DNA from: Podarcis cretensis
Taxonomy: Eukaryota
NCBI GenBank assembly: GCA_951804945.1
Contig: OX638150.1
Span: forward strand, 59,768,001 to 59,832,000
Reading direction: 5' to 3'
Length of the DNA stretch: 64,000 nucleotides
Part shown: one piece after another, positions 12,273-26,406 of the stretch
How positions within the stretch are numbered: position 1 is the stretch's first letter
Layout of the letters: each line of letters opens with the position of its first letter
Translations under genes and position numbers: made by a program
The notes under the pieces: model-generated
What the model saw: only the letters and a program-made list of their open reading frames with translations
Databases searched by the model: none
Told to the model about the DNA's origin: nothing

Positions 12273-15200
12273 AACAACATCTAGAGAGCCACAAGTGCCC
12301 CATTTTTTAAGACACCTATCCACATCATCTACATCCTGACACTACTTATCAGATATAGCTTGATCACAGTTGTGACTCCAGTGGTTTGTCATCAATTTAA
12401 ATGAATAGCTTATTTGCTCTGGCTTCTCTAAAGAGCAATATGCTTGGGTGAACCGCCCTGAGACCTCTGGCTATAGCGTGGTATATAAATTCAATAAATA
12501 ATAATAAAGCTTGTATTAACAGTTCATTCGATCCTTCAGTATGTAAACTGTAAACCTTCAGAATATAGTTGTAATTGAAAATAGAAATCTACAAGCAGGA
12601 TGCATATGTTGTTGAGGTAAATTGCTAATATACTCACATCAGTCACTAATACCTTTTGTGTTAGACCAAACAACTTGTATGTTCCAGCTGCCACCACAAG
12701 ATGTCGTTTTGGGGGCCTGCCATCAAAGCCATCTGACAGCTCATCCTCACTTTCATTATAATTACTCAGCTGAAGATTGCAGGCTGATTCACAACATCAA
12801 AAATACAAAATGAGAATACAAGATACATAATAAAACAAAAATGAACCAATAAACATTCCCCAGACAAACACACAAATATATTTCCAGTTTTAAAAGTTCC
12901 AAGTGTGTGAGGTCTGTGTTTTATGCGTTCCAGTTCACCAGTGTCTGGAGCAGTTCCAGCCTAGGTTTTGCATTTCTCGTGGACTTTTCTCATGCCCAAG
13001 GTGCATTAGAGCTTGTTCCTAATAAGGGACATCTTTGAGATGCCCTCTGACATTTGTTCCCAATTCATCCTGGGCTTCACTGTTAGCAATAGTGAACCCT
13101 GGTGTGTAGGCAGGTGGATGGGGGAGATCAAGGTTGCAACAATCACCTTAAAAGCATTCACCAAGAAGTAGGTTCTGTCTGTACCCTTAAAGTAGTAACC
13201 TTTGGACTTAACAGGAGTCATGTATTACGTCAATAGGCATGGGAAACCATTAAGGCTGCAGTCTTACAGATAGTTGAGACGTCTGAAATAAGTGGGATGC
13301 ACTTCGAAGTACGTCTGCATTGCACTGCATTGTAAATTAGCCAAAATAGGACTGCGCAATCTAGCTCAGCTACAAACACATCCTTCATATTCCTCTCCAA
13401 ACATTCCATAAACCCTATGCTGCGTTGTAAATAGATGTCTCCCCAATGATGAACATTTGGATGTGCATGCTCACTTTGATCCGCATATGGGCAGTGGGAT
13501 TGTGCAGAATAACCTCCTGCAGTCTTCCAATGCATGAGAAAGTTAAGCATTGGGGCGGGGTATAAACAAACCATAAGAGTAAGCTGTTACAGGTGGTGTT
13601 TGTGGGGAACAAATACTCATAAACCATATGCTCTGGAACAGAATGGGCTCAGAGGGAGCCATAGGCCCAAGTGCCAAGCATTCCACCCATTAGCAGTCCT
13701 TGCTGAACACACACTTTTGCTTTCCCTTTTAAAAGCATCCTCAGATAACAAGCCGGAGGTGATAGTCTCCAAGGTAACTGGTACCCGTGGGAAAACAAGC
13801 AGAGGTTTTCTGCTTCACACCCGTACATCAGCAGCCTACCCACCAATGCACAACCTTATATTGTGGGCAGTCAGGGAGCAGGCCGTGTGAATGCACACAT
13901 GCACAGTGTGTGTGGGGGGGGTCATAATTGGGAAGGGGCTGTAGGACAGTGGCTGGCTTCTGCTACACACATTTGAGCTCTCAGGCCCAATTTACATTAT
14001 TTCCAGTTAAAGTTTCCATGTAGGAGGGCTAAGAACAGCCGCTAAGAGCTTAAAGAGCCAAAGTAGACAAGACCATGCTTGATGGATTCAATGCTTTGAT
14101 TCAGATATGATGCTAAGCACGGTCTGTCACTACATGAGGAAACCCTGGGCTTACATGCTCCCATCACATGCCCTGATTTCCTCTCATCCGTTTGAATCAA
14201 GAGCCAAACTGTGGTCTGCTATTGCATCTGAAGTGGGGGGAACTGATGCAGAACGTTATTTAAAAGCAGTTGACTCTCAAAAGTAAGACTTCTTCCAATA
14301 TGTTATGGTTTGCCAAACAAATTACCCAAACACATACAGCTGCTAAAGGAAAAAGGACACTATATATTTATGTATAATCTGGCCCTCATTACTGAACATT
14401 TCATTTGGCATTTCAGAGTAAATGTTGGATGTAACTTCTTCCTCTGCTCCACAGAGTCATCCCATTTCAACCATGCATACATCCTTCCTTTTTAGCAATT
14501 GAAAACCCACCCTTTCATCTCTATCCCTGTTTTACATCTTTGCGGGCCTTTTCTTTATGCTATCAATTACTTCAGCATGTTCCCCTTTGGCCTTTTGACA
14601 GAGCTGGCCTAACCATACAGCCATAAGAGTCCCACATAAGTGGGTGCTTGCTGAACTAGAGCCAATGCATGAATAGAGTAAAGCAGAGGTGATTTTTTGT
14701 GGCTAAAGGTGAATATTATTTATGTAGAAGAATTAGTCTGTCGTGCACCATTTTACTTCTATTCAAGACTCTCAGCAGTCGCTACATGTATTTTAAGATT
14801 CTTCATCATCTGGCAGCTACGTGATCTAGCCAATCTGGAATGATATTAATTCACATTGATGTCATGTACCATGTGGTCGTGTCATGTGATGGCACCAGAA
14901 AGATAGCAGTCTTCCTGTTGTGACTTTAATTGTGAGAACTTTCTCACCCTGCTACAAAGTAGGCTTAATTATCATCAAAGCGGAGTAAGTACATTTCACA
15001 GAGGCGGAGATTTCCCCTGCCCCCAAGCCACACACACTGCCCATTTCAGAATCTAGTTTTTTGTGCAACATTGTTGGGTACATTCTGCACAAAATTTCCA
15101 GGGACCCTGCAGACTAGGAATAAAGGCAGGCAGCTGCAGGTGAACTTATGAAGATGGCAGAGCACCGGGCAGGAGCAGCAGGCAGGGGTGATCAATGAGC

Positions 15201-16401
15201 AGAATCTGAGCCTCTTAGAGGAGCTGGGCAAAGTCACTGGCAAAAGCTCGACATTGATGTATTTCAACAGCAGGATTTCTTAGTGTCCTCTGCTGTTGTA
15301 AAAATGCAAGGTGCTGTGGCTGAGAACAAAGTCATTAGGCAGTCCCTGCTCTCTCCCTTGTTTTCTGCAGACATAATTGATGCTTGGAAAGGAAGGCGAT
15401 GATTAGCTCTCGTCTCCTTGCTTCACTTTTCCTGTGTTGCTTTTGCCATCTGCCTATGAGCATTTCAGTGGATGCCTTGGTACAAAGCTTTCTATTTTAG
15501 ATACAAGCCAGGTACTCCTGGCGCTGGGATTCTTTGAAGCAAAAATCTTTTGAAAATAAGGGACACCAAAGTTTTTTACTGCTGCAGGCATGGTCTTCAT
15601 TTTGCAGTCTGAGAAACACTCTGGCTATATTCAATAATCGTCAACAGGGGGAGCAACATATCTCCGTTTGTACTTCATTCTACATTTCCCACTTTCTTTT
15701 CCTGTTTGGATTTTAAATGATTTTTTTTATATTCTCTGCATGATATGTCTCCTTTCCTGTTTCATTTCAGGGATAGTGACACAACACTGGAGTACTTAAA
15801 ATTAACTGTCATGCATTTTTTGCCTCACAAAGGCACAACATCAAGTCCATCAGCATGCTGCCAAATACCTTCCAGTACTGATAATTAAAACATACCTTTG
15901 CAGGCCAGTTTTTTTTATTAGCCTTTTTGGCCATAACTGAACTGTGATAAAAGCACATGAGAAGTTTTAATTTAAAAAATGCTGTCGTAGATGTTGACCA
16001 AATGTATTATTTATTTATTTGATTTACGAATCATTTCTCAGGGGGCACTCAAAGCGATTCACACTATAAGCCATTTACAGTGTGTTGCTATATAAGGCAC
16101 AGGTCAACAAAAGCGCTTTGCAATAAATTGCTAGATATAAAACACAGGTCTGCACAGTTGTAAAGGTGTACTTCTCTGCCCACTCCAATAAAGAAAAATA
16201 AAAATGGGTGACGTGGCCCTACTCTACCCTCCTAGAGGAAGAGAAGTGCCTCTCTAGAGGTCAGATATTGGGGGTGGCAGAACAGAGTATGTCTCCTGGC
16301 TCTTTTCCCTAATGGCTGCTAGAAAAAGCACCTGCCTTCCAGCCCTGAAGTGTCCCCTTACCCTGGACTATTGGGAAGCTGTTTCACCAGGTGATCATCC
16401 C

Positions 16402-16567
16402 CATAGCTGTCAACCTTCTCCTTTTTTTGCGGGAAATTCCCTTATTCCAGCGCCATTTCCCGCTGCTTCCCGCTGCTATCCCAGATTGTTAGATATCCCG
16501 TAGACTGTCCCCGGGACAGGTGAGGCTGCTGATCCCTTATTTTCAAATCTGGAAGTTGACAGCTATG
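16402..16567. mobile_element. hAT-type MITE
   Basis: TIRs CATAGCTGTCAAC/GTTGACAGCTATG; 8-bp TSD ATCATCCC/AGCATCCC. Confidence 0.82.
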
Positions 16568-16628
16568 AGCATCCCTCATGTGGGAGGATGAGGAGGGGAA
16601 AGGGGATTAGGGAAGTTTGTCTTGGACC

Positions 16629-16985
16629 CAGTGGTGGACCTACATTTTGGGGGACCTGAAGCCTGAACTCTCATGATGGGGCCCTTCACTATTAGCAATG
16701 AGATCTGGGTAATACTGTTACCTTTTCCAATGGGGTTGTTCCACAACGGATTTCCACACCTTTACAACATATGTGCTACTGACTGTCAGACTTTGGAATT
16801 GTTGAAATATATACCAAATCACACACAGAGACAGACACACACCAATATATCAATTTGAGCTATGTGACTCATATTGGGTCTACTAGACCCAAAATTTTAA
16901 AGCAATGTGGACTAAAGTCACTTCCTGCATTCCTCCAGGATAAGGGGCCCTGAATCTTAAGCTTCATTAGTTTTATCCACCCCTG
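16629..16985. mobile_element. Older hAT-type MITE
   Basis: CAGTGGTGGA...TCCACCCCTG ends, GGGGCCC subterminal motifs, degenerate 8-bp TSD CTTGGACC/TCTGGACC. Confidence 0.65.
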
Positions 16986-17099
16986 TCTGGACCCCCATCA
17001 CCACAATGGGCAGGGAAAGGAAAGTGCCACCACTGGAAGAGAGGAACCTTGTAGGGGGAGCTCTGAGTTGTCCCATGTTGTGCTGCATTGCGTTGAGCT

Positions 17100-17686
17100 C
17101 AGGGCCGGATTTAGGTTCGATGAGGCCCTAAGCTACTGAAGGCAATGGGGCCCTTTATATGTCCAGCTGTCCTTTGTCAACAACAAATTGCCGCTGTTTT
17201 TTGTGTTGAGTATATGCTATATGGCAATTTATGGACCTAATAGGTATCTAAAACCATTTGCACATAACAAAATATGTATTTTATCAAAGTAATTGTTGAA
17301 CTGAAATACAGTGGTACCTCTGGATGCAAACGGGAACCTGCGTCCGCGGGTTGCGATTCGCTGCTTTCGCACATGCGCATGACATCATTTTGACCGTCTG
17401 CGCATGCGCTAGCAGGGAAACCCAGAAATAACGTGTTCCATTACTTCTGGGTCGCCGCAGCACACAACCCGAAAATACTCATCCCGAAGCTACTTCAACC
17501 CAAGGTATGACTGTACAATTAAGAAGTATATTAACAGTGAAATACATCATAGGAGCCTACACAACACAAAACACTGTTGCTGTACGTAGGTTTTATTTTG
17601 TTTTTTTATCTTATATTTAGGAAATGTACATCCAGTCCCCCCCCCCTTTAAATAAGCTATAGCTTGTTTACGTAAATCTGGCACTG
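17100..17686. mobile_element. hAT-type MITE containing a nested mariner-type MITE
   Basis: TIRs CAGGGCCGGATTTA/TAAATCTGGCACTG. Perfect 8-bp TSD GTTGAGCT at 17092-17099 and 17687-17694. Confidence 0.85.
17309..17513. mobile_element. Tc1/mariner-type MITE (third family), nested
   Basis: TA|CAGTGGTACCTC...AGGTATGACTG|TA. Same family as 19703-19939, in opposite orientation. Confidence 0.82.
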
Positions 17687-19702
17687 GTTGAGCTGCTTCA
17701 GCCAAGGGAGGCCCCTACCCGCCCTGCCGGTGCCAGTTGCATTTAAAGCCAGTGCCCTGTGGGTGGTGGCCAGGGCAGGATGCTATTTTGCCCCACCCAA
17801 CCTTCTGCCTGGGGCACATGCCCCCTCTCTCCCTGCTTGATCCTGGCCTAAATGTACCTGTGGGAGCCCACATCAGGCATTGCATTCACCATGTGCATGC
17901 TTCCAAAGCAGCCTTCACTAAGGAGGGGAATGATGCACTTTAGTCAGAGGCAGTCAGGTAAACCTTTACCTGTGCATTTCTACATAGCTATGGTTTTCTA
18001 CACACCTAAACCTTATATTCCTATGCATGCACACCAATGAGCCAGTGTGGTGGAACGGCAAAAGGTCAGGCTAGGGCTTAGGGGGAACCTGTTTTCAAAT
18101 TGCCCATCAGTTTCAAAATTTACTGGGGATCCTTGGACCAGCCTCCGTCTCTCAACTCAGCCTACTTTACAGGCTGGTTGTCATGGGAAATATGATGGGG
18201 ACCACGTATTCTGCCTTAAGCTCCTTGGAAGGAAGATGGAATATAAATACAATGAATGAAAAAGTGCCCTGTGACACACTGATTCAGCAGGGTGAGCCAT
18301 TGTTCAAATCTTAGTATCTTGCAGATCTCCCCCAGTTTTAACACCCTGCCCCCACCGCTGTTTGTACAGCTGGTAGATGCTTTGCTGCCAGATGTTCTTT
18401 CCTTTTGGTTCAAAAGGTGGCCTCGTCTCGTGCAGATCACTTCAGCGGTGCAAAATAATAAAGGGTCCCCTTGTTACCGAAGGCTGAAGTTGCAGAGAAT
18501 ACAGCTCGTTCCAGTTCCATCGCTGGTGCCTCTTGTTTTGATCTTCTGCCTGACAGACCTAACAGACCTTGGCATGCATTGTTGGCCCAGAAGCAGTGAA
18601 AACTGAATGAAGTCAGTGAGAAAGTTATTTGAATATCTTTGCTTTGTTTTAGATGTACTTGCACTGCGCTCCACTTCTATGAATAGTCACACTACACTGA
18701 ATTAGCTTAGTGAAGCAAGTGTCACTGGTCAATGATCATGAATAGGACCACTTCTTCATAGCATGAATGAGGTGACTAGTCGCTTTAAGGAGGTTTATCA
18801 AGTGGCAATCATGGCAGTTTATGCATTTTCCAGTATTGCAGCTATGCCTGGCAGCTTCCAGTGGCTGTAGGGAGCATTGCATGGGACTCAACATACAAGC
18901 CACTGTTTTGTTTGGAATAGAAAACTCTCAGGATGTGTCTACAGACTTCTTTCGAAACTCCCCCATGGGCTATGAGCTCTACAACCTGGTATATGCAAAG
19001 GGGAAAATGTGCTAAGAGGAAGGCACATTTGACAAACCCTCACCGTGATCAACTCCTGCCTGGAAACTGATGTCCGCACTGTGGAAGGATGTGTGGATCC
19101 AGAATTGGCCTCTACAGTCACTTAAGGACTCACTGTTAAGACTGTGTTCATGGAAGATGTAGGGATATCGCGGAGTGGGGAGTGGGGTCCGGAGGGAGCA
19201 CACTTCCCCGCCAGCAGGCAGCCACAATCTGCCTGCACGCGTGACCTTGGGGTGCAGGGCAAACCCCCCCCCAGACAAGCCACAGCTGTCTGGTACATCG
19301 TTCCACCTATGTCTGACCTTTTGTGGTCTCAGAAGTCAGCGGTGTCCTGTCTGTAACTTTTTCCCTGAGACCTTTTGTCTCCATTCGTCCCCCCGTGCAA
19401 GGGGAAAATGACGCTGTGGAACAGGTGCCAAAATAGCTTTGTACCACCCCACGATCTCGGGACGGAAGATGTGTAAAGGTCACAGCCCAAAAATTTATTT
19501 GCCTGGCTTGCATATTTGTCTCAATAAAAGGAGGCTCCACAGGAATGGTGGTAGCTCGCTCGCTCGCTTCAGACCACCTGTGCGCAGCTCACATGATGAT
19601 CAACCCCTGTCTTGGGCCTTCACTTCATAAGACAATCTTACTCGGCTATGAGCGATCACCAAAGATATGCAAGATTGGTTGGCATCCAACTATATTGGGA
19701 TA

Positions 19703-19939
19703 CAGTCATACCTTCAGGTTGCGCATTTTCAGGTTGCATCCCGCGGCAACCCAGAAGTACCAGAAAGGGTCACTTCCGGGTTTCGCTGCTCAAGCATGCA
19801 CAGACACGTAAAATGATGCCACACGCATGTGCAGAAGTGGCAAATCGCGACCCACATGTGCACAGACGTGGGTTGCATTCCATTCAGGTTGCAAACGGGG
19901 CTCCGGAATGGATCCCGTTCGCAACCTGAGGTACCACTG
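19703..19939. mobile_element. Tc1/mariner-type MITE (third family)
   Basis: TA|CAGTCATACCT...GAGGTACCACTG|TA. Confidence 0.82.
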
Positions 19940-21889
19940 TACAATGGAAGTGTGCAACTTTAGGGGTGAAGTCAAACTGTTGGAAGATTGCAGCGTCTGC
20001 TGTGGCTGTAGAGACTGATACGGGACAGACATGTTTTGTTGCAGCAGGGGCAGATGAAGGCATCTAGTTGCATGCTGATGATGTACCGTGGTTTTCCTTC
20101 TCTTTGTGCTCCTCCCAGCAGTCCTTCCTCCTCTGGTTACTGCTGGTTACTCTGGTTACTCCTCTGGTTACTGCGTGACCTGGCAGTCTGTGAGATCTGT
20201 GGGGAAGTTAAGTGTGCCTAAATTCTAGGAACTTCAGCTTGTCAGAAGCTGCATTTTACTGAATCAGGTATTTGGTCTAACTCAATATTATCTACGCTAC
20301 AGACAAAGGTGTCTCCAGACCTGTCTGGAGATGCCAGGAATTGAACTTAGAACCTTCTGCATACAAAAAAGATACTGTATGGTTCAGCTATGGCCCTTCT
20401 GTAGAATTCAATAGGACATTAACTGTGTGTTAAAGGCTATTTGATGTCCATGGGACTGCATCTTCAGTCAGACTGTTTGCTCAACTAGCCCCAGGCCATG
20501 ATTTTTCACCTGTTCCTTCTAAACTGGAGTGACCAGGAAAAGAACCCTGGAGCTTGCGCATGTCCCCCATGGTCTCAGCCACTGAAATAAGGTTCATGGC
20601 TCCATAACAGCCAATAATTCTGTGTGCGATCCCTCCCACACTTATGTCCTATGGAGCTCAGTGAGGCTTGCTTCCAAGGAAACACACACCAGATTGGGCT
20701 GCATTTCTCCTTTCCTTTTGTTGTCCTCTGATTCATATTTTTTTCCCTGCCTGCAAGAGATTGATTGCAGCTTTAATGAAGGGCCTGCTCTGTAGGAGGA
20801 CAGTGGCGCTGTTGATTTGCTAGATTAGCCAAACTCAATTTATTTCCCAGGAAAAAAGTATTGGTATTTCCTTTATACGTGGGTTTAATTTCCTCACTTT
20901 CAACATGGATTAAGAATCAGCCCTGTCACGTCCAAGTTGCTCTGCCTCGTCTCCCTGTGAGTGGCTAAATGCACATTTTTATCCATTTTAAACAACACTA
21001 TGATCCACCAGTATCTTAAAGCTAAATCATGATATGAATAACATGCGGAGCCGGTCACCAACATTAACCATGTATGATGAGATCACTTCCAGTAAACCCT
21101 TGAAATATAGTAATGTGAGAAACATCTGGATGATGTGCACTTGCACTGCGCTGCACTTGATTTAAACTTGGAAGCCTTGGACCAAGGGGGATGATGTATT
21201 TATTCATAACTTATGCTCTTTTCTGGAGGTTTCCATGCAATCGACTCATTAGACATCAAAAGCTGGGAACGTCTTGGACTTCTTGGTTCACATTATTTTA
21301 CAATTCCCATTCTGCTTTAATATATTTTCTAAGTGGGCCCATTACATATCCCACTGCTTGTACTGCAAGGAGTCCAAATAACTGACTTCCAAAAGATGAA
21401 GCATTGCAAAAAACATGCAAGTAGCAGGCATTTGCTGACCGTGTTCATGTGAGGGTAAGTTAAAGGAAGAGTTTATTGTCCTAACTCCTTGAGTCTTTAA
21501 CAGATGTGGCTTTTCTTCAAGACCCCTTGCTGACCTCCCACAGGTTGAACAGACCATGCCACTGCTGCCTATCACACGCTCAGCTGAGGGCTTTGGAACA
21601 GGAAGTCACAGACACAGATTTTTGAGCCATCATTGAGATAAAGTGGGAAAAGATGAACTGGACTTAGCTTTCGGTTGACCACAAAATAGGGTTCAGGAAT
21701 GTTCATAACTTGCAATTCCCATGGGAGAATGATCTCTGAATTTCCACGTTTTATGTGGAACAGAGCTGAAGGGCTGCACAATATCTATCAGGAGCAGGGC
21801 CTTTTCATTTTGGACACCAACCTAGGCTGCCAATCTCAGAAACCAGGCTGAATCTTACTGGGTTGAATCTTACTGGAGGTATAAGGGAT

Positions 21890-22465
21890 GTTAAGGGAGC
21901 AGCAGTACTTCTGTACATCGTGCTCCTTCTAGAGTAGTTTGTCCGCTTTTGGACTCCACCCTGCACTCAGCTCACACCTTTGTCTCCTAGAAGCCAACAG
22001 CATGTGACAGTGGCCACAACCTTGGAAACAGCTTCAACTGGCTGGCTAAATCAGGTTAAGGTAGCTGATGGGTCTCAAATTCTTCCCCTGCGTGTGAAGA
22101 CAGGCTCTGGCGGATGGAGTGGACAAGACCAATACTGGGTCCAATGGTCAAAGAGGTGGTTTCAGTGGAGGGAAATTAGGGGACAATGGCGCTTGTCAAC
22201 CTAGGAAGGTAGCATATCTAGGAGAAGAAAAAGTTTGATACTAAACCTCCATTGCCTTGTGGGTATACTAATTCATGATAAAAATCTATACCCGCTGCCT
22301 TGCGGAACATCTTTAGGAGAAGGTAAGGCTAAGGAGTAAACTCTACACAAAGCCGGAACGGAGTTCCTAAGATGGTTGGATGGTGTCTTGTATGCCTCCT
22401 TCAGCAGTTTAACTGCACCCCTAGAGGTGCACTCCATTGTCTCTCAAGACAGATGGATGCCAATA
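21890..22465 (+). mobile_element. Probable RTE-clade LINE 5'UTR-derived non-autonomous element
   Basis: Contains CTAGGAGAAG-AAAA..TGATA.TAAACC and ends GACAGATGGATGCCAA, resembling RTE 5' regions. Family assignment is from memory. Confidence 0.45.
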
Positions 22466-23535
22466 TCTCTTTAGGGGCATTTGATCGACATTACTTATTT
22501 TAATGATAGGTTTTAATTGCCATTTTCATAATAGCTTGGGTTGTTGAGGTATCATTTTTTCACAGCCAGTATTCTTTCAAACACCCAAACATTTCATGCC
22601 ATCTATGTGTGCAAATGGGATGATGAGCTCAAGGTTCTTTCATGTTGTGCTTTAACTTTCTTTATGTACCCATTATTTAACTATCTAGTGAAAAGTATAT
22701 ACTTCTGGCTTATGCTGTTCTTCTGTGTTCTGCATGGGCCATGCGAGACTAAGGTTGGCCTCCATATTCTAGAAGGAATTGCTCCAAAGGGCAACGAGGT
22801 CAGTGTTGTATCTGTGTGATTGTTGCTTCCAAACAGAAAAATGTACACAATATATTAGAGGAATGGCAGTGCAATGCATTGGTTACCATGGGAATTATGA
22901 TGTTTAGCAAACTGTACTATGGAAAGTTCTTAGTCAACGGCCAAAGGCCATGAGGCTTATTTAGTACAGATCCTGGCACTTCCTTAACAAACCTGCCTTC
23001 TGACTTTTCTTTTCTTAAATGTGGAAAATACTGAAAGCTTTTCTTTTCAAGTACTATACTTAACAGAGGGGAAACTTGCTGAAAAGACAAACGGTATATT
23101 TTCATTTGTACCTTTATACAAATGGGACAAATTAGATGTTCATGGGAGTGATTCTTTACATTTCAGCCAATGAGGTTTGTGCATGGTTTAATGCAATGGA
23201 TAGTGTTATTTTAATGCATGGAGTTTAAGCTTTGTGTGTGAAACTGGTGCAGACGAATCACATCAAGCCAGCTTCCTCCTCACCCTTCCACCTGCACTTT
23301 GAGAAGTGGCCTGTGATGGATCACGATAGGTGAATCTATCAGTTTGGGTTTCTCTCAGTTTCTTAGTTCTGCACATTTCTACATAAATTTGAGAATTTTT
23401 ATTTATAACATGCTCATGAAAAACCACCAGCAGTTTAGTTCAGTTTTCTCCCAGTATACACATAGTAAAGCATATTTTCCCTAATATTTATATTTCCCCT
23501 ATTATAATATATTTTGTATGTTATCTTTGCTAATA

Positions 23536-23777
23536 CAGTGGTACCTCTGGTTACGAACTGAATTCATTCCGGAGGTCCATTCTTAACCTGAAACCGTTCT
23601 TAACCTGAGGTATCACTTTAGCTACTGAGGCCTCCCACTGCTGCCACGCCGCTGCCGCATGATTTCTGTTTTCATCCTGAGGTAAAGTTCTTAACCCAAG
23701 GTACTACTTCTGGGTTAGCAGAGTCTGTAACCCAAAATGTTTGTAACCCGAGGAGTTGGTAACCTGAGGTACCACTG
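23536..23777. mobile_element. Tc1/mariner-type MITE (family of 616-832)
   Basis: TA|CAGTGGTACCTC...GAGGTACCACTG|TA, with internal TTCTTAACC repeats. Confidence 0.87.
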
Positions 23778-24809
23778 TATGTGTATTTTTATGCAAACTT
23801 CCCCTTTGTATGTGAATTTTTGTACACATGACTTGGCTGCAAAATTCAGAGAAATGTGAAATTTCAGAAGATGGCTGTATTTTGGTTTGCAGAGAGTTTT
23901 GAACACATCAAATTCAGTAGGTTTGCCTTTTAATGCAAAGCAAATGGAATTTCTCCCCCACGCCTACGCTCTGATCCATGTAGTAGGAACACAACCCTAT
24001 ACCGTTTACTCCTTTGTATTTATATTCTGTGTACTCCACAAGACTCTGTGAAGCTTCTATCCATAAAAATATATCAAACAAAACAAAATACAGAAGCTGC
24101 TAACTACGTTATCCTGCAGGAGGTGGAGGCAGTGGAGAAAAATGAGATAAAATGTATAAAATAATTTTTTTTAAATCTCATAAGAGTTTTACAATAAATG
24201 CAAATGATTTAACAGGAGTTATTTTTGCCGCTTCATTGAGTTTTACTGTTTACTATATTGGCTGTTTGCAGAACCCTGCTATAATCTACTAACAGTTGGA
24301 GGTATATATATTTTAACCAGGAAATGGACAGAGCAGCCCTAACGATGATCAGAGAGGAGGAGCTACTGCCGCATTGGAGGGGGAGGGTGCCTTTTTTGCT
24401 GCACTAGCTTCAGGCTAGCATGACTGAAGGTGCTGAATCAGGTCCCCTCCAGGAGTTAGACAGGCATATGATCCAATGGATCAATGGCCAGGCCAGTCCT
24501 GCTCTGGCCCCACCACTGGATCTTACCCATTTCAGGATTTTACCCTGGTGGTATCCTCCCACGCATTTGGGCATAGTCAGGCCTCTGCTTCACAGGGAAG
24601 GGGAAGGCAGCCTAAGCAAGCATTCTGTGATTAAACTTCCTGGCATGCATCAAATGTGTTCCCAGCCATGTGTACCAGCCCATGCACACACTCTGATATT
24701 TAAGTGTTCTAGCTTAAAAATAGCATGCTAATCCTCCCTATTGTTACCTTAGAATTTTTTGAAAAGTCAGCAAGCTTTGGGTCCCTTGGGTAAAGCGTTC
24801 CAAATATCC

Positions 24810-25060
24810 CGAGTCACCACTGCAAAGGCCCTGCTCCACAGAGACATATATACCCCAATTCTAAGCTGAGTATGTTCTTATGCTTGGAGAGGTGTATGAG
24901 AGATCCAGGCTTAAAGGTGAGCAACAGCACCTGAAATGCTCCCAAAACCTTATGATAGGCCAATGCAGTTGCAAGGGACTGGTTAAATATGCTAACTTCA
25001 GCAAATTGTAAAAAACAAACCAACAGACCACCACATTCTGTGCCAGCTGCAGCTCCACCC
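24810..25060 (-). mobile_element. Degraded L2 ORF2 C-terminal remnant
   Basis: Frames read LQLHWPI and FQVLLLTFK, matching the L2 motif LHWLP..FK.L.LTFK. Confidence 0.55.
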
Positions 25061-26406
25061 CATGAAAAGTCAGTATGGAGGAGCACAGACATTTTTTCCT
25101 GTACAGAGAGCAGGAAAATAATTAGATATGAAGCAGCCCCAAAGAATAGAGTCTGCATGAACAGGCAAGGTTGAAGAATGACAGATCTCTAGCAGAAACC
25201 TGGCACAGCAAAGGTATAATTACAAAGCTATGAACAAAGTAATCCCAGATTAATCATTCTATTTAATCATGACCCATCCTTAAAAAAATAGTAGTAGTAG
25301 GATCTGGAACATGTAATTCCACGTATGTGGTGATTTTCGAAAGCTTCATAAAATTAGGGCTGCGCACATAACTGTGGGGCCGTTGGCCAAGGTTGGGACA
25401 ATTTGATTAGTCAAATGAGGTTTGGTTAGGCAAACTGAAAAAGGCAATACTTTTAAATAAATCATGGGTGGGGAAAGACAGGGCACTGAACTGTCAAGGG
25501 GAAAGCATGTGGGTAGCAAAGGCATGTCTGGGATCGCTTGATGAGCCTTCACAATATAAGGATTGGTGCTTTTTTGCTGTTGATTTGTTTATATGCAACA
25601 CAACAAATCAGAGGCGCTTCCTACATTTGATGGGCCAACTGCATAACCTCTGAAAGGAGAATAACATGAATAAATATATGGTCTCCTTGGTGCCCATACA
25701 CATTGCTAGTCAAAGTATTAGACTAATAAGGATTTGTATTATATTATGGAGCCGCTGGCGATCCCTAGCACTGACCATTAATTACAATTGATGGACCCAG
25801 GACCATTTTTGACTGGAGGGTTTGCAGTCATTGGAGATTACTTTTCTCTCTGTGTTGCAACATATTCCCTTTGCACGCTCACTTAGAAGTAGGTCCCATT
25901 GTGTCCAGTGGAGCTTATTCCACAGAAACAAGGCAAGTAGGAAGTAAGCCCCATGGAGTTCTGTGGGAGTTCTTCCCAGGCCACATGAGCTGCGCAGGTG
26001 GGGGGCTGTGTTGTGGTCCTTTCTTCCCAGTGCTGCACACTGCTGCTGGTTACTAAGAGGAGAGGGGAGTGGACAGCAGGGCGCAGGTGCAGTGATGGAG
26101 AAAACCCAGCGCCCCCACCTCTGAGCCTATCCCAAGCTCATCACTGCCTTGCCGCCACCTCCCACACCTTGGTAACTGGCAGAATGGCATGACATTGGGA
26201 AGCTAGGATAAGCTAGGGAAGCCCAACAACACAGCTGTACCAAACCCTATTGCTCCCAGGTAAGGATGGGCAAGTAGAGCCATTTCTGTTTCTCTTGCTC
26301 TCTCGTTTTTCCTGTCCTCAGATCAGTTCTCCACCTCATTTCGTGATTTTTAAAAGTCCCCATAAAATTTAGTGCAAATTTCTCCTAATGTACACATTTA
26401 TGCAAA

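Noticed and set aside
20140-20172. Short (CTCTGGTTACT)-like tandem repeat
   Set aside because: About four imperfect units; an ordinary slippage product with no sign of function.
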